64,000 nt of DNA from contig CAYVEC010000002.1 of assembly GCA_964450385.1 (NCBI GenBank), forward strand, positions 1,262 to 65,261, in the 5' to 3' direction. The notes under the pieces were generated by a model. The model ran no database searches. It was not told the origin of the DNA and saw only the letters and a program-made list of their open reading frames with translations. The position numbers were made by a program, and so were the translations under genes. This stretch comes from an uncultured Planctomycetales bacterium (GTDB lineage Bacteria > Omnitrophota > Gorgyraeia > Zapsychrales > JANLHA01). Positions 9,762 through 18,422 of the stretch are shown piece after piece (position 1 is the stretch's first letter; each line of letters starts with the position of its first letter).

Positions 9762-11291
9762 TTAGGGCGTCTTGACCGTTTCCGTCTCAACCTGTGGGGT
9801 GATGATATGCGGGGTCAAAAAGATCAACAGATCTGTTTTGGCTCCAACAGTAGAATTGTGACGAAACAGACGGCCCAAAAAGGGAATGCTTCCCAAAATG
9901 GGCACCCGTGATTCATTGACAGTTGTCGTGTCCGAGATCAACCCGCCAATCACCAATGTCTCGCCATTTCGAATCATCACCCGGGTCTCGGCCTCGCGCA
10001 CTGTTAATTGCGGGACTTCCGTCCCCTCAACCGTAACATTCGCGTCAGCAATAATCGCTGTGACCCTCGGCTTTAAATCTAATGTCACCATCTCCGCATT
10101 ATTCACATGCGGCGTGACCTCAAAAATAATCCCGATATCCTTATAATTCCACCCTGACACCTGCATTTCGGCCTGATCATCATTATACGTATATTGGGGA
10201 AACGGATACTGGGTCCCCACCACAATTCTTGCCGGCTGATTGTCCAGCGTCACCACCCGAGGATTGGATAATGTATTAATATCGCTCCTCGTCTCGATCA
10301 TCTGCAATAATGTTGTGAACGAACTAAAATCAAGCATGCCGAAGGCAAAAAGATTCTCGGCATCATACGTAATAACGTTTGTTTCACTATCGATACTGTC
10401 GACGGGAATCGACAAAATAAAATTCCCGTCGTTCCCCTTGCGCATCGGAAAGGTCGAATTCCATATTGACCCCTTGCCCGAGGCCTGAAGATTCCAATTG
10501 ATCCCCAGTTTTTCCGTATCACCCAGAGTCGTCTCAATGATCCGTGCCTCGATCAAGACCTGAGGGGTCGTGGCATCAAGCCGCTTGATGACCTTTTCCA
10601 TGAGCTCCAGATTTGTCGGGGTGTCACGAACAATGAGGGAATTTGTCCGTTCATCAAAATTAATACTCCCACGCGCGGTCTTCATCTTATCGAGTGACTC
10701 CACCGCCTTGGCGGCCCGGGCATAGTTCAGCAGAAAGGTGCGCGTCTCGAGCGGTTCCTGCTCCGCCAACACCGCAGCATCCTCTCGGCGTTTCTTTAGA
10801 TTCTCGATCGTCGTGACCGTAATGATATTCTCCCGCCGATCATACCCGTACCCGTAGGTCTCAAGCACGACATCAAGGGCGCGCTGCCACGGGACCCCCT
10901 GAAGTTTGATCGTGACCAGACCCGTGACCTCAGGACCAGCGACGATATTGACCCCGCTCCGAAAGGCCAGGACACGCAGGACATCCTGAATATCGGCATC
11001 ACGGAAATCAAGACTCACCATCCCGTCGAATGAGGCCATCTCCGCAGAGGCAAGGGGAGCGCTCGATTCAGCAGACGTGGCAGAGCTTTCCGCCGTCGCG
11101 GGGTCCGATTCTGCCAGCGCGCCTTCGACCGCCGCGGGCACCTCCGCCTGAGGGGCCTCAGAAACCAAGGCCTCAGGCAATGCGACGTCTGATAACTTAG
11201 GGGTTTCGGACTGAACCGCATCCTGGGCGTACAATGAAATCGCAACACCACATACCAACATCACAATGAGCCCTATGACCACGGATCTCAT
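9762..11291 (-). CDS. pilQ: type IV pilus secretin PilQ
   Basis: The 509-aa product has a signal peptide and a low-complexity Ala/Glu/Ser linker. The C-terminal secretin domain reads 'TLVIGGLISD...VPILGSIPFLGRLF'. Confidence 0.85.
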   Translation of the reverse strand: MRSVVIGLIVMLVCGVAISLYAQDAVQSETPKLSDVALPEALVSEAPQAEVPAAVEGALAESDPATAESSATSAESSAPLASAEMASFDGMVSLDFRDADIQDVLRVLAFRSGVNIVAGPEVTGLVTIKLQGVPWQRALDVVLETYGYGYDRRENIITVTTIENLKKRREDAAVLAEQEPLETRTFLLNYARAAKAVESLDKMKTARGSINFDERTNSLIVRDTPTNLELMEKVIKRLDATTPQVLIEARIIETTLGDTEKLGINWNLQASGKGSIWNSTFPMRKGNDGNFILSIPVDSIDSETNVITYDAENLFAFGMLDFSSFTTLLQMIETRSDINTLSNPRVVTLDNQPARIVVGTQYPFPQYTYNDDQAEMQVSGWNYKDIGIIFEVTPHVNNAEMVTLDLKPRVTAIIADANVTVEGTEVPQLTVREAETRVMIRNGETLVIGGLISDTTTVNESRVPILGSIPFLGRLFRHNSTVGAKTDLLIFLTPHIITPQVETETVKTP

Positions 11292-11654
11292 CTATTCCTC
11301 CTTTATTAAGGTTAACGTCACGGTTTCATCGCCCTTCGTCAGCACCACCGATCCCTGATCGATCGTCTCGATCCGATACAACCCGATCGTCTCGCCTTCT
11401 TTTAAAATCAACCCATTAATGATCGCGACATTCGTCCCGTCATTCCCGCTCATAATCCCCTGCAAGATCATTTCCGATGACAGGAGGTCCTTGTCATAAC
11501 TAACGACGCCCCCTCCCTTGTTCACAAGCGGCCAAAACGGATCACGGCGCCCGCCATCATCATAAACAAAAGGCCCCGGCTCCTCACCGGTCCAGGCGAT
11601 CCCCGCCTGTCCCAATATTGCCAGCGCCAACATGATGATCACTGCCCAGCGCAT
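11292..11654 (-). CDS. PilP-like small periplasmic protein
   Basis: The 120-aa product has a signal peptide and an 'RRDPFWP' motif. The motif resembles the conserved RDPF motif of PilP. It sits between pilO and pilQ with no gap to pilQ. Confidence 0.45.
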   Translation of the reverse strand: MRWAVIIMLALAILGQAGIAWTGEEPGPFVYDDGGRRDPFWPLVNKGGGVVSYDKDLLSSEMILQGIMSGNDGTNVAIINGLILKEGETIGLYRIETIDQGSVVLTKGDETVTLTLIKEE

Positions 11655-11663
11655 CCCGTCCCC

Positions 11664-12275
11664 CTATTTCGGCTCAAAAATAATCACATGAAACGTCATC
11701 ACGACCCGATGGAGTTTATACGCCTGACGCTCATCGCTCGTCATCTCAAGGGCCGCGAGGTCAGCAAGAACCCCCTCGCCCTCAAGCTGATTCATGAAGC
11801 GTCCGAACTCATGATACCCGGCCTTGGCCTCGACGACAATCGGCAACAAATAATACGCCCCGTCCGCGTCCTTCAAAACCGGAGAGGCCAAGACTGTGTC
11901 CGGCACGATCTGCTCGATCCGAACCCTGTTCCCGTTCGCAATCCGTGAAATATCCTCAAGGATGTCCGGTATATCGCCCTTCCCCTTGATCATGCGATCA
12001 ATCGTCTCAAGCTTCTTGTCCAACCGTTTCGCCTCCGCCTGATATTGGCTGATCCGCTTTTCTCCGTCACGGATCGCCTTAGTCTCCGTTTTGAACTGAT
12101 GGATAGCAGTATTCAATTTGCGGAGGGCTCCTACCTGGAACTGCATGATCCCAAAATAATCGACCAAGAGGACAACGACCAGGATCGCTGAAAACAGGGC
12201 ATACGGATGCTTCTCATTGAGCGTGCCCAGTGTCGCCAGGGCGCGGTCCGATATGTCATTTTTTAATTTTAACAT
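11664..12275 (-). CDS. pilO: type IV pilus assembly protein PilO
   Basis: The 203-aa bitopic protein has one N-terminal TM helix followed by a coiled coil. It occupies the pilMNOPQ operon context. Confidence 0.7.
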   Translation of the reverse strand: MLKLKNDISDRALATLGTLNEKHPYALFSAILVVVLLVDYFGIMQFQVGALRKLNTAIHQFKTETKAIRDGEKRISQYQAEAKRLDKKLETIDRMIKGKGDIPDILEDISRIANGNRVRIEQIVPDTVLASPVLKDADGAYYLLPIVVEAKAGYHEFGRFMNQLEGEGVLADLAALEMTSDERQAYKLHRVVMTFHVIIFEPK

Positions 12276-12885
12276 TCTTCGGTTTCTCCACCACAGGAGC
12301 CGGCTGGCTCGCCTTGATCACAAAATCGGCCACCATGGTTCCGCTCAGGTCCCGGCTTCTGATCGACGTCACCTCGATCGTGTTAAAACTCTCGGCAAAC
12401 GACGGCGTCTCCTTGAGCCCGCTCAGGAACTGAGTGATGTTGATCTTCTCGATCTTCTGCTGAGACACCCCGCTCCCCTCAACGAGCAGAACCCCCTCCT
12501 TAAAAACGATCTTCCTCAGCCAAACACCCCGCGTCAAGGCGCCGCTCACATCGTTCATGGCCCGCGACCAGCAGATGTGCTGTTTTCCTAAAATTTTTTG
12601 AATCGAGCTGATCCGCGCCGCGCGTTTTTTTATCTCCTGCTCGATCCGCGTCACATTCTTCTTATTCGGTAAGGCGGCCTCCCATTGCGCCTTATAAATC
12701 TGATGCTCAGCAAGACGAATAAAAATCAGGAGCTGCAACATAATATGAAAAAAGACGAGGAGGACCGCGACCCCTCCCAGGACACCGAAAACGACGTCAC
12801 GAGGGACCACGAGGCCCTTCATCAATCGGCCGAGGCCGTGGCGTTTCTTTTGGAACTGCTGAGGCGTCAGATTAATAAGAATCAT
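12256..12885 (-). CDS. pilN: type IV pilus assembly protein PilN
   Basis: The 209-aa product has a short cytoplasmic N-terminus, one TM helix and a periplasmic coiled-coil plus ferredoxin-like region. It overlaps pilM by 4 nt. Confidence 0.7.
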   Translation of the reverse strand: MILINLTPQQFQKKRHGLGRLMKGLVVPRDVVFGVLGGVAVLLVFFHIMLQLLIFIRLAEHQIYKAQWEAALPNKKNVTRIEQEIKKRAARISSIQKILGKQHICWSRAMNDVSGALTRGVWLRKIVFKEGVLLVEGSGVSQQKIEKINITQFLSGLKETPSFAESFNTIEVTSIRSRDLSGTMVADFVIKASQPAPVVEKPKNVKIKK

Positions 12886-13976
12886 TGATACACCGCCAAT
12901 CCCAGGGCGACCCCCAGCTGACCGCTGACCCGGCGGAACTCGTCGCGCGACACGTTCGGCGCGATCTCAAACCTGCTAAACGGGTCCCAGACCTCAACGC
13001 GCACATCCAAGGAATTCGAAAAAATCCCGGTCACGCCTTTTAACATCGAAACCCCGCCAGTCAAAAAGAGCTTCGCGATAGTAATATTATTTTCAGTAAC
13101 AAAATAGTCAAACGAGAGCCGCAACTCCGTGATCAGATTCGCAATCGAAGCGTCGGCGAACTCCATGACCGCGGCCTCGCGGTCACCGGGGTTCAGTTTC
13201 AACGCCTCAGCCTCAAGGAGACTGATCTCGAGCCCCTTGGCAATGCTCTCGGCAAGGTCCGTCCCTCCCCAAAAGAGGTCCCGGGTAAACTTCGGGCATT
13301 CTCCAACGATAATCGTCAAATTGCTGACCTGCTCGCCCATATCGAGCAAGGCCACCCCGCGCGGAGCCCCGGCATCAACGGAAGCCAATTCTTCTTTATT
13401 GAAACGCATAAAGGCGTTCACGGCGGCCAACGGATTGAGGGTGATCACGTCCGGGCTGATCCCCCACTCCTGACAATGTCTGACGCGCTGATCCACAAGC
13501 TCCTTCTTAGCCGCGGCGAGCATCACGAGCATCTTCTGATTCTTAAAGTGGTTGTCCAAAATATGACAATCCGTATAGATCTGGTCAGGCGGGAACGGCA
13601 GATATTTATCCATCTCATATGTAAAGGCCTTCTGCAGCTCCTCCTTGGACAATCGAGGCATCTCCACATAACGAATGAGCGTGCCCTTGCCTGAGAGGGC
13701 CGTTGCCGGCGAGACCTCCGGGGCCGGTGACACGGCGAGGACGGCCTTAACCGCACTGACCGAGTCGTTATTTCGAACCGGCTCAACCGCCCAGGCCACC
13801 ACCTCGTAGGTGCCGGCCTTCGGCTTCACTGCGATCATCTTACAGGCGTGCGTCCCGATGTCCAGCCCGATCAGGGGCGCGACCGTGGGTTCAGGAATAT
13901 ACCGCCGGACCCATGCAAGATACCAGACCCATATCTTTTTTATTAAGACGACGAGTTGTTCGATTTTTTTCGACAT
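12882..13976 (-). CDS. pilM: type IV pilus assembly ATPase-like protein PilM (actin-like)
   Basis: The 364-aa product has 'LIGLDIGTHACKMIAV', an actin/HSP70-fold phosphate-1 loop. It is first in the pilMNOPQ order. Confidence 0.85.
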   Translation of the reverse strand: MSKKIEQLVVLIKKIWVWYLAWVRRYIPEPTVAPLIGLDIGTHACKMIAVKPKAGTYEVVAWAVEPVRNNDSVSAVKAVLAVSPAPEVSPATALSGKGTLIRYVEMPRLSKEELQKAFTYEMDKYLPFPPDQIYTDCHILDNHFKNQKMLVMLAAAKKELVDQRVRHCQEWGISPDVITLNPLAAVNAFMRFNKEELASVDAGAPRGVALLDMGEQVSNLTIIVGECPKFTRDLFWGGTDLAESIAKGLEISLLEAEALKLNPGDREAAVMEFADASIANLITELRLSFDYFVTENNITIAKLFLTGGVSMLKGVTGIFSNSLDVRVEVWDPFSRFEIAPNVSRDEFRRVSGQLGVALGLAVYQ

Positions 13977-14093
13977 AATTATAAATAGTAATAGTTACAA
14001 GGCTATAAGCAAAAATATTATAGCATCGTCCTCTGATTTCAAAATAAGGAAATGAAATATTTTCAGGCAGAGAGGTGCTCCCTTGGCAGGGAC

Positions 14094-15608
14094 CTAATAT
14101 TTCCTCCAGACCAACACCTGACACATTCGCCGATCGTTTCCGATCATGCCCGGAGGAAGGTTCTTAGCTGTAGCAGGAACCTGATAGATCTTCGGAACCT
14201 GTCCCCCCATATCAAAATAATTTGAAACGATCGTTCCAATAACATTGGTTTGTTTATCAATAGTGATTTTATCCTGGGCGTAAAAAACCCCCATAATATC
14301 GACCTGGGCGCTTTTCCCGAGATTCAGTGATTTCTTTGTCATAATCCCTAGAATATTGTCCGGGAAAGATCGATCTCCGCTTGTCACTAAATTTTGTTGA
14401 ACGACCACATCTCCGGTAAAAACCATTGAACCCTTCCCAGAGTAGACCAAGTCTGTTTTTTTAGAACTCAACGCAAGCGGCGTTGTTCCATTATCAACAT
14501 AAAGAATGCCGTCTACTGTTAGCGCCCCATTCCCATCCCAAGATACGCTCCCTTTTGAATTACCAAAGCTAAACGCGCCCTGATTAGCAAGATTTCCAAG
14601 TTTTGTTTTTTCAGCAGCGGTTAATTCATAACCGGTTGTTTTTAAATAGGCCTCATACGTTGGATACCCCTTATAGGGATCGCTCAACCTGGGGAAAGAA
14701 ATCTCCTCCCCTAAATCAAAGGCCTCACTCGTCCCGTTATCAGAAAAAACATGTCCCGCCCCCGCCGTGCCGCCGTAGCCATCTGTAACATAGACACCGT
14801 CAACCGTCTCTTTATAACCATTGCCTGTGACGTTCGCCTCACCGACGGCAGATGATCCGCTGATGCCGACAATCCCCTTTTTAACGCGCAGGGTCGCATT
14901 CAATGTCTCAACCCACTCATTGTTAAAAAAGACCTGCGGAAGAACTGGCACCTTGGCTTTTAAATAATCCGCGAGCGTCCGATAGTTGTTCCCCACGATC
15001 TCAGCCGTCCCTCCGAGATCAACCGCATAAGCCCCCTCGTCTAAGTCTTCCCCTAAAATAAGGACCGCTCCCCGAATATCCACATTTCCGTTAATAATTT
15101 TCCCTGACATCCCGCTCCCGGCGAAGATCACATACTCCCAGGGAGACAGATTCACCTGTTTAATATAAACTTCAAGACGGGTCACCGCATCCTGGACCTG
15201 CCCCACGGAACGGATCAAAAGAACACTCGCGTCATTCTGGGCGCGCGTGACGGTCACATTATATTGGCCGTCTTGAAAAGGAACATCGGTAAAAAAATCC
15301 TCTGCGGTGACATTGTCCTCAAAAACGACGTTGATCCCATAGATACTCCCATTCCCCCAAGGATTATAGGCCGAATCATTGTTGAGGTCCCAATCCAGGG
15401 CATAGAACGCAGCATCAACCCCTGCCTCGGCGATGTGAAAGCTCTTCATCGACAGACGTTCCCGCTCAGCGAGCCGCAACTCGCTCGTCGCCAGAAGCAT
15501 GAACGCGGCGCCGATGCCGAGGAGAAGGGCGATCACGCAGTACGCGATGATCAACAGGCTCCCGCGCTCATTGTGAAGACACGCTCGCTGCATCTTTTTC
15601 ATGATCAT
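14094..15608 (-). CDS. large minor pilin with a PilX-N-terminal domain (putative tip or adhesin subunit)
   Basis: The 504-aa product has an N-terminal hydrophobic segment. This is followed by 'ELRLAERERLSMKSFHIAEAGVDAAFYAL', a PilX_N-type signature. The large C-terminal region is predicted beta-rich and Gly/Asn/Thr-rich. Confidence 0.55.
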   Translation of the reverse strand: MIMKKMQRACLHNERGSLLIIAYCVIALLLGIGAAFMLLATSELRLAERERLSMKSFHIAEAGVDAAFYALDWDLNNDSAYNPWGNGSIYGINVVFEDNVTAEDFFTDVPFQDGQYNVTVTRAQNDASVLLIRSVGQVQDAVTRLEVYIKQVNLSPWEYVIFAGSGMSGKIINGNVDIRGAVLILGEDLDEGAYAVDLGGTAEIVGNNYRTLADYLKAKVPVLPQVFFNNEWVETLNATLRVKKGIVGISGSSAVGEANVTGNGYKETVDGVYVTDGYGGTAGAGHVFSDNGTSEAFDLGEEISFPRLSDPYKGYPTYEAYLKTTGYELTAAEKTKLGNLANQGAFSFGNSKGSVSWDGNGALTVDGILYVDNGTTPLALSSKKTDLVYSGKGSMVFTGDVVVQQNLVTSGDRSFPDNILGIMTKKSLNLGKSAQVDIMGVFYAQDKITIDKQTNVIGTIVSNYFDMGGQVPKIYQVPATAKNLPPGMIGNDRRMCQVLVWRKY

Positions 15609-15610
15609 CG

Positions 15611-16126
15611 TCAGTTCCTCAGGCTAATGAAAAACTCTGTCTGCCGGGTGATCGGCACCCCGGACACGGTCTTTTGCGCTGTGATATCGATCTCGATCAG
15701 ATCCGGTTCAGTCATCGACGGCGCGCACCCGAAAACCAGAATATCCGACGCCACGACCCGGGTGACGCCCCCTTCTGTCTTAAGCAGCTGATGGGTGCCG
15801 GCATCAAGGATAAAACGGATCTCGGCATCCTCACCGGCTGGCCACGTCTTAAGTCCAGAAATGAATTCTGGCTTTTTAAAAATCATCATCCCGTCCGCAA
15901 GAGTAATGACCCCGCCCTGCCCGGTCTCGCGTAACGTCCCGGTGATCCCGGTCACGGCCCGGCGGATCTCCTGCTGAAGCTCGATCCGCGTCCGGTTCGC
16001 GCTCCAGAAGCGCTGAGCGACATTCGAGGTCGCGGCCATCCCGCCGGCCAAAAAGAGAAAAATAAAAACAACGACCATGACCTCTGGCAAGGTCATGCCT
16101 TGAGTCCCTCGTCCTCGTGTCAGCAT
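15611..16126 (-). CDS. minor pilin (PilW-like) with class III signal peptide
   Basis: The prepilin cleavage motif is 'G|MTLPEVMVVV' with Glu at +5. I moved the start to the internal Met, which removes the overlap with the upstream gene. The ORF track runs to 16186. Confidence 0.6.
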   Translation of the reverse strand: MLTRGRGTQGMTLPEVMVVVFIFLFLAGGMAATSNVAQRFWSANRTRIELQQEIRRAVTGITGTLRETGQGGVITLADGMMIFKKPEFISGLKTWPAGEDAEIRFILDAGTHQLLKTEGGVTRVVASDILVFGCAPSMTEPDLIEIDITAQKTVSGVPITRQTEFFISLRN

Positions 16127-16160
16127 CCGGTGATCCATCCCCAACTCCCCTGCCTCTCCG

Positions 16161-16679
16161 TCAGCGCCGTGCCAAAACCGTCTCAATCGTGACCGGTGAA
16201 TCGATCAACAGATTGCCATTGATATCCTCGCCGTCCAAGGCGCCGTCCAAATTCTGGTCCTCGCCGACCACCCGGCCGTTGTGATTCCGCCAGCAGACCG
16301 CAACGCGGACCGCAAGGACCTCAAGGGGCTCTCCGTTAATAAGCTCCTCAACCGCACCGCTCGCTGCGACATGCGTGTTCACAACACGGACCGTGCCCAG
16401 GCCCTCGACCCCATCGAGCGGAAACGTCCGGCCATTATATGTTGAGATCAGCGTATCAAAATCAGCCTCGCGCATCTCCTCTATCAAGGCGTCAGCCGCG
16501 ATCAGCGCCGTCATTTTCTTCTCGGCCATGTCCCCGGCGGCCGCGATATAAAGATATCCCCGGATCAATCCCAAGATCACGACCGCAAGAATCGCAGCAA
16601 CAAAGATCACCTCGACGAGTGTAAACCCCCCCCTCGTCCGCCGGCCATGGCCCCATCTCTGACACAAACATTTTCTCAT
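16161..16679 (-). CDS. minor pilin (PilV-like) with class III signal peptide
   Basis: The 172-aa product has the motif 'G|FTLVEVIFVAAIL' with Glu+5. Confidence 0.6.
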   Translation of the reverse strand: MRKCLCQRWGHGRRTRGGFTLVEVIFVAAILAVVILGLIRGYLYIAAAGDMAEKKMTALIAADALIEEMREADFDTLISTYNGRTFPLDGVEGLGTVRVVNTHVAASGAVEELINGEPLEVLAVRVAVCWRNHNGRVVGEDQNLDGALDGEDINGNLLIDSPVTIETVLARR

Positions 16680-17404
16680 AGCGCAACCTCTGTCTCAACG
16701 GGAGTCACCCGCTCCGTCTTAATCAATTGTCCTGACGGATCAAAACGTAAAATTTCAACGAGCTGTCCATGCCGATTATACGCCTTTTTATAACGATTTG
16801 GATCGCGGTTCGTCAAATTCCACTCATACATAACCCGCCCGTCATTAAAATAAACAATTCCATGTCCCGTCTCAACCTCATCAGGCACATTTAAGGCATC
16901 ACGATAGTCGATCTCCATCCGAAGGTCCCCGGATGTAAAATATTCTTTCATCCAAACGATCTTACCGCGATCATACTCCTTAATAAAACGCAGCTGCCCT
17001 GTCTTAAAATATTCGCGATACTCCCCGTCCCAGGCCCCATCGCGCCACTCAGCGTTCCCATATGTCTTCGTCGTCGTATTCTCAAAGGCCACCTTGCCAT
17101 CCGGCACATCACCGCTCATATCAAAGATCCGTTCCCCCTGGCTCTTAAAGCGTCCGATCTGTTCTCCGTTCAGCGAGACAAAATGCAGATTGTATGTCCG
17201 GCTCGGATCCATGACCACCATCATCGTCATCTCAACCGACGGCGCGACAATAAGCCGACCCGAGACGGTCTCGTCGTCAACCGCCTCCTCTTGAACGACA
17301 GGCTTTACCGAGACCCCCTCAAGACGGCGCATGACCACAATATTGATCACGCACCCGGTGACCAATGCCACCCCGATCAGGATCCATGTCTTTTTCTTAT
17401 CCAT
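16676..17404 (-). CDS. membrane-anchored MORN/YwqK-type repeat protein
   Basis: The 242-aa product has an N-terminal TM helix. It carries repeated 'G...Y..G.L......Y' units resembling MORN-variant/YwqK repeats. It is embedded between pilA and the minor pilins. Confidence 0.45.
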   Translation of the reverse strand: MDKKKTWILIGVALVTGCVINIVVMRRLEGVSVKPVVQEEAVDDETVSGRLIVAPSVEMTMMVVMDPSRTYNLHFVSLNGEQIGRFKSQGERIFDMSGDVPDGKVAFENTTTKTYGNAEWRDGAWDGEYREYFKTGQLRFIKEYDRGKIVWMKEYFTSGDLRMEIDYRDALNVPDEVETGHGIVYFNDGRVMYEWNLTNRDPNRYKKAYNRHGQLVEILRFDPSGQLIKTERVTPVETEVAL

Positions 17405-17437
17405 CTCTGCCTGCCTTCGCTCACCTTAGCTCGCCTC

Positions 17438-17473
17438 AAAAAAAGAGGGGGGCCTAATCATTAAGCCCCCCTC
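17438..17473 (-). terminator. rho-independent terminator downstream of pilA
   Basis: On the minus strand there is a perfect 9-bp GC stem GAGGGGGGC/GCCCCCCTC with an 11-nt loop. It is followed by TTTTTTT. Confidence 0.6.
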
Positions 17474-17488
17474 ACAGCACCCAACTCG

Positions 17489-17926
17489 TTACGGAGCTGG
17501 TTCCGGCTCAGGTTCAGCAGCCGCAACCCTCTCCAAGATACCGCCTGTGGTGATGCTGAAAATAACATCATCAGCACCTTCGGGCTTGGTCACAAGCGTC
17601 GCCACGAATTCATAGGCAGCGTCTGTGGCCGTGGGCCAGGTATACTCAAACCCTGAGATTGTACCTTCGCCTACATACGCACGATTGAGATACGGCGGAT
17701 TGGCCTCCGTCAGATCCGCCAATGCTGTCGGATAATTGCCGTTGTGCGATGACGCATAGGTCTCGGCTGCGGTTGATAGTGTCCGCAGGGTGCTCTGCGC
17801 CAACGCCTCGTTGGCCGTCATCCTGGCTCGCAAGAGGTTCGGGATCGCAATGATCGCCAACAGCGCGATGATCGCGACCACGATCATAATCTCGACGAGC
17901 GTGAAACCACGTTGATACCTTCTCAT
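17489..17926 (-). CDS. pilA: type IVa major pilin PilA
   Basis: The short leader reads 'MRRYQRG|FTLVEIMIVVAIIALL' with Glu+5. A perfect SD 'AAGGAGGG' lies 5 nt upstream of this ATG. The ORF track extends to an upstream ATG at 17986. Confidence 0.82.
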   Translation of the reverse strand: MRRYQRGFTLVEIMIVVAIIALLAIIAIPNLLRARMTANEALAQSTLRTLSTAAETYASSHNGNYPTALADLTEANPPYLNRAYVGEGTISGFEYTWPTATDAAYEFVATLVTKPEGADDVIFSITTGGILERVAAAEPEPEPAP

Positions 17927-18422
17927 CTTTCCCTCCTTGTACGTTGACGTACGTTCTCCCCAACCTCCTGCCGCCTGGCCGGGCATTGCGTCGTCACGTG
18001 CCGAGAGAAAAAAGAAAAGATAACTACATTTATCCCGTCACCCAGACGCCTAATGCCTTAACCATTTGGCCCTAAAAGATTTACCAACTTTTGTATAATA
18101 TCACACAGACAGCGTGTGTCAATCGGTAAACCAAAAACTTCAGACAGAATAAAAAAACCCTATTCACAGGGTCAAATAGGGCACAGTTCCATTATATTAA
18201 AACTTCTTTATTAATGGCAACTGGCTGCCCCTATCCACGATAGTCGGGCCCTCTAGCTTTGTGTCCCATCCTTCCGAATGGTTTACCTTGAGCATTAAAC
18301 ACCTTTTTCAAAGAACGTTCTTCCGACACTACAAGTATAGTCTAGGCCTATCGCAAAAGTCAAGGGCACCAAAAGTAGCAAAAATATAATGATTTAAATA
18401 AAATTTGTAAAAAATGAAGGGA
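17927..18422 (-). promoter_or_regulatory. about 0.5 kb AT-rich non-coding leader and promoter region of pilA
   Basis: No credible ORF lies here and GC is clearly below the window average. A GGCACG-N5-GACGCAA element sits at about 17986-18003 on the minus strand. It resembles a sigma54 -24/-12 box but its spacing is 1 nt off consensus. Confidence 0.4.

Noticed and set aside
13891-14124. 77-aa ORF spanning the pilM upstream spacer
   Set aside because: It covers an AT-rich promoter-like spacer and the 5' end of the PilX-like gene. It has no SD and odd composition. It is more likely non-coding.
18100-18420. Possible tRNA or other structured RNA in the AT-rich pilA upstream region
   Set aside because: I found no T-loop (GTTCRAnyC) or D-loop signature. 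I found no acceptor stem complementarity. I cannot support an RNA gene call without a covariance-model scan.
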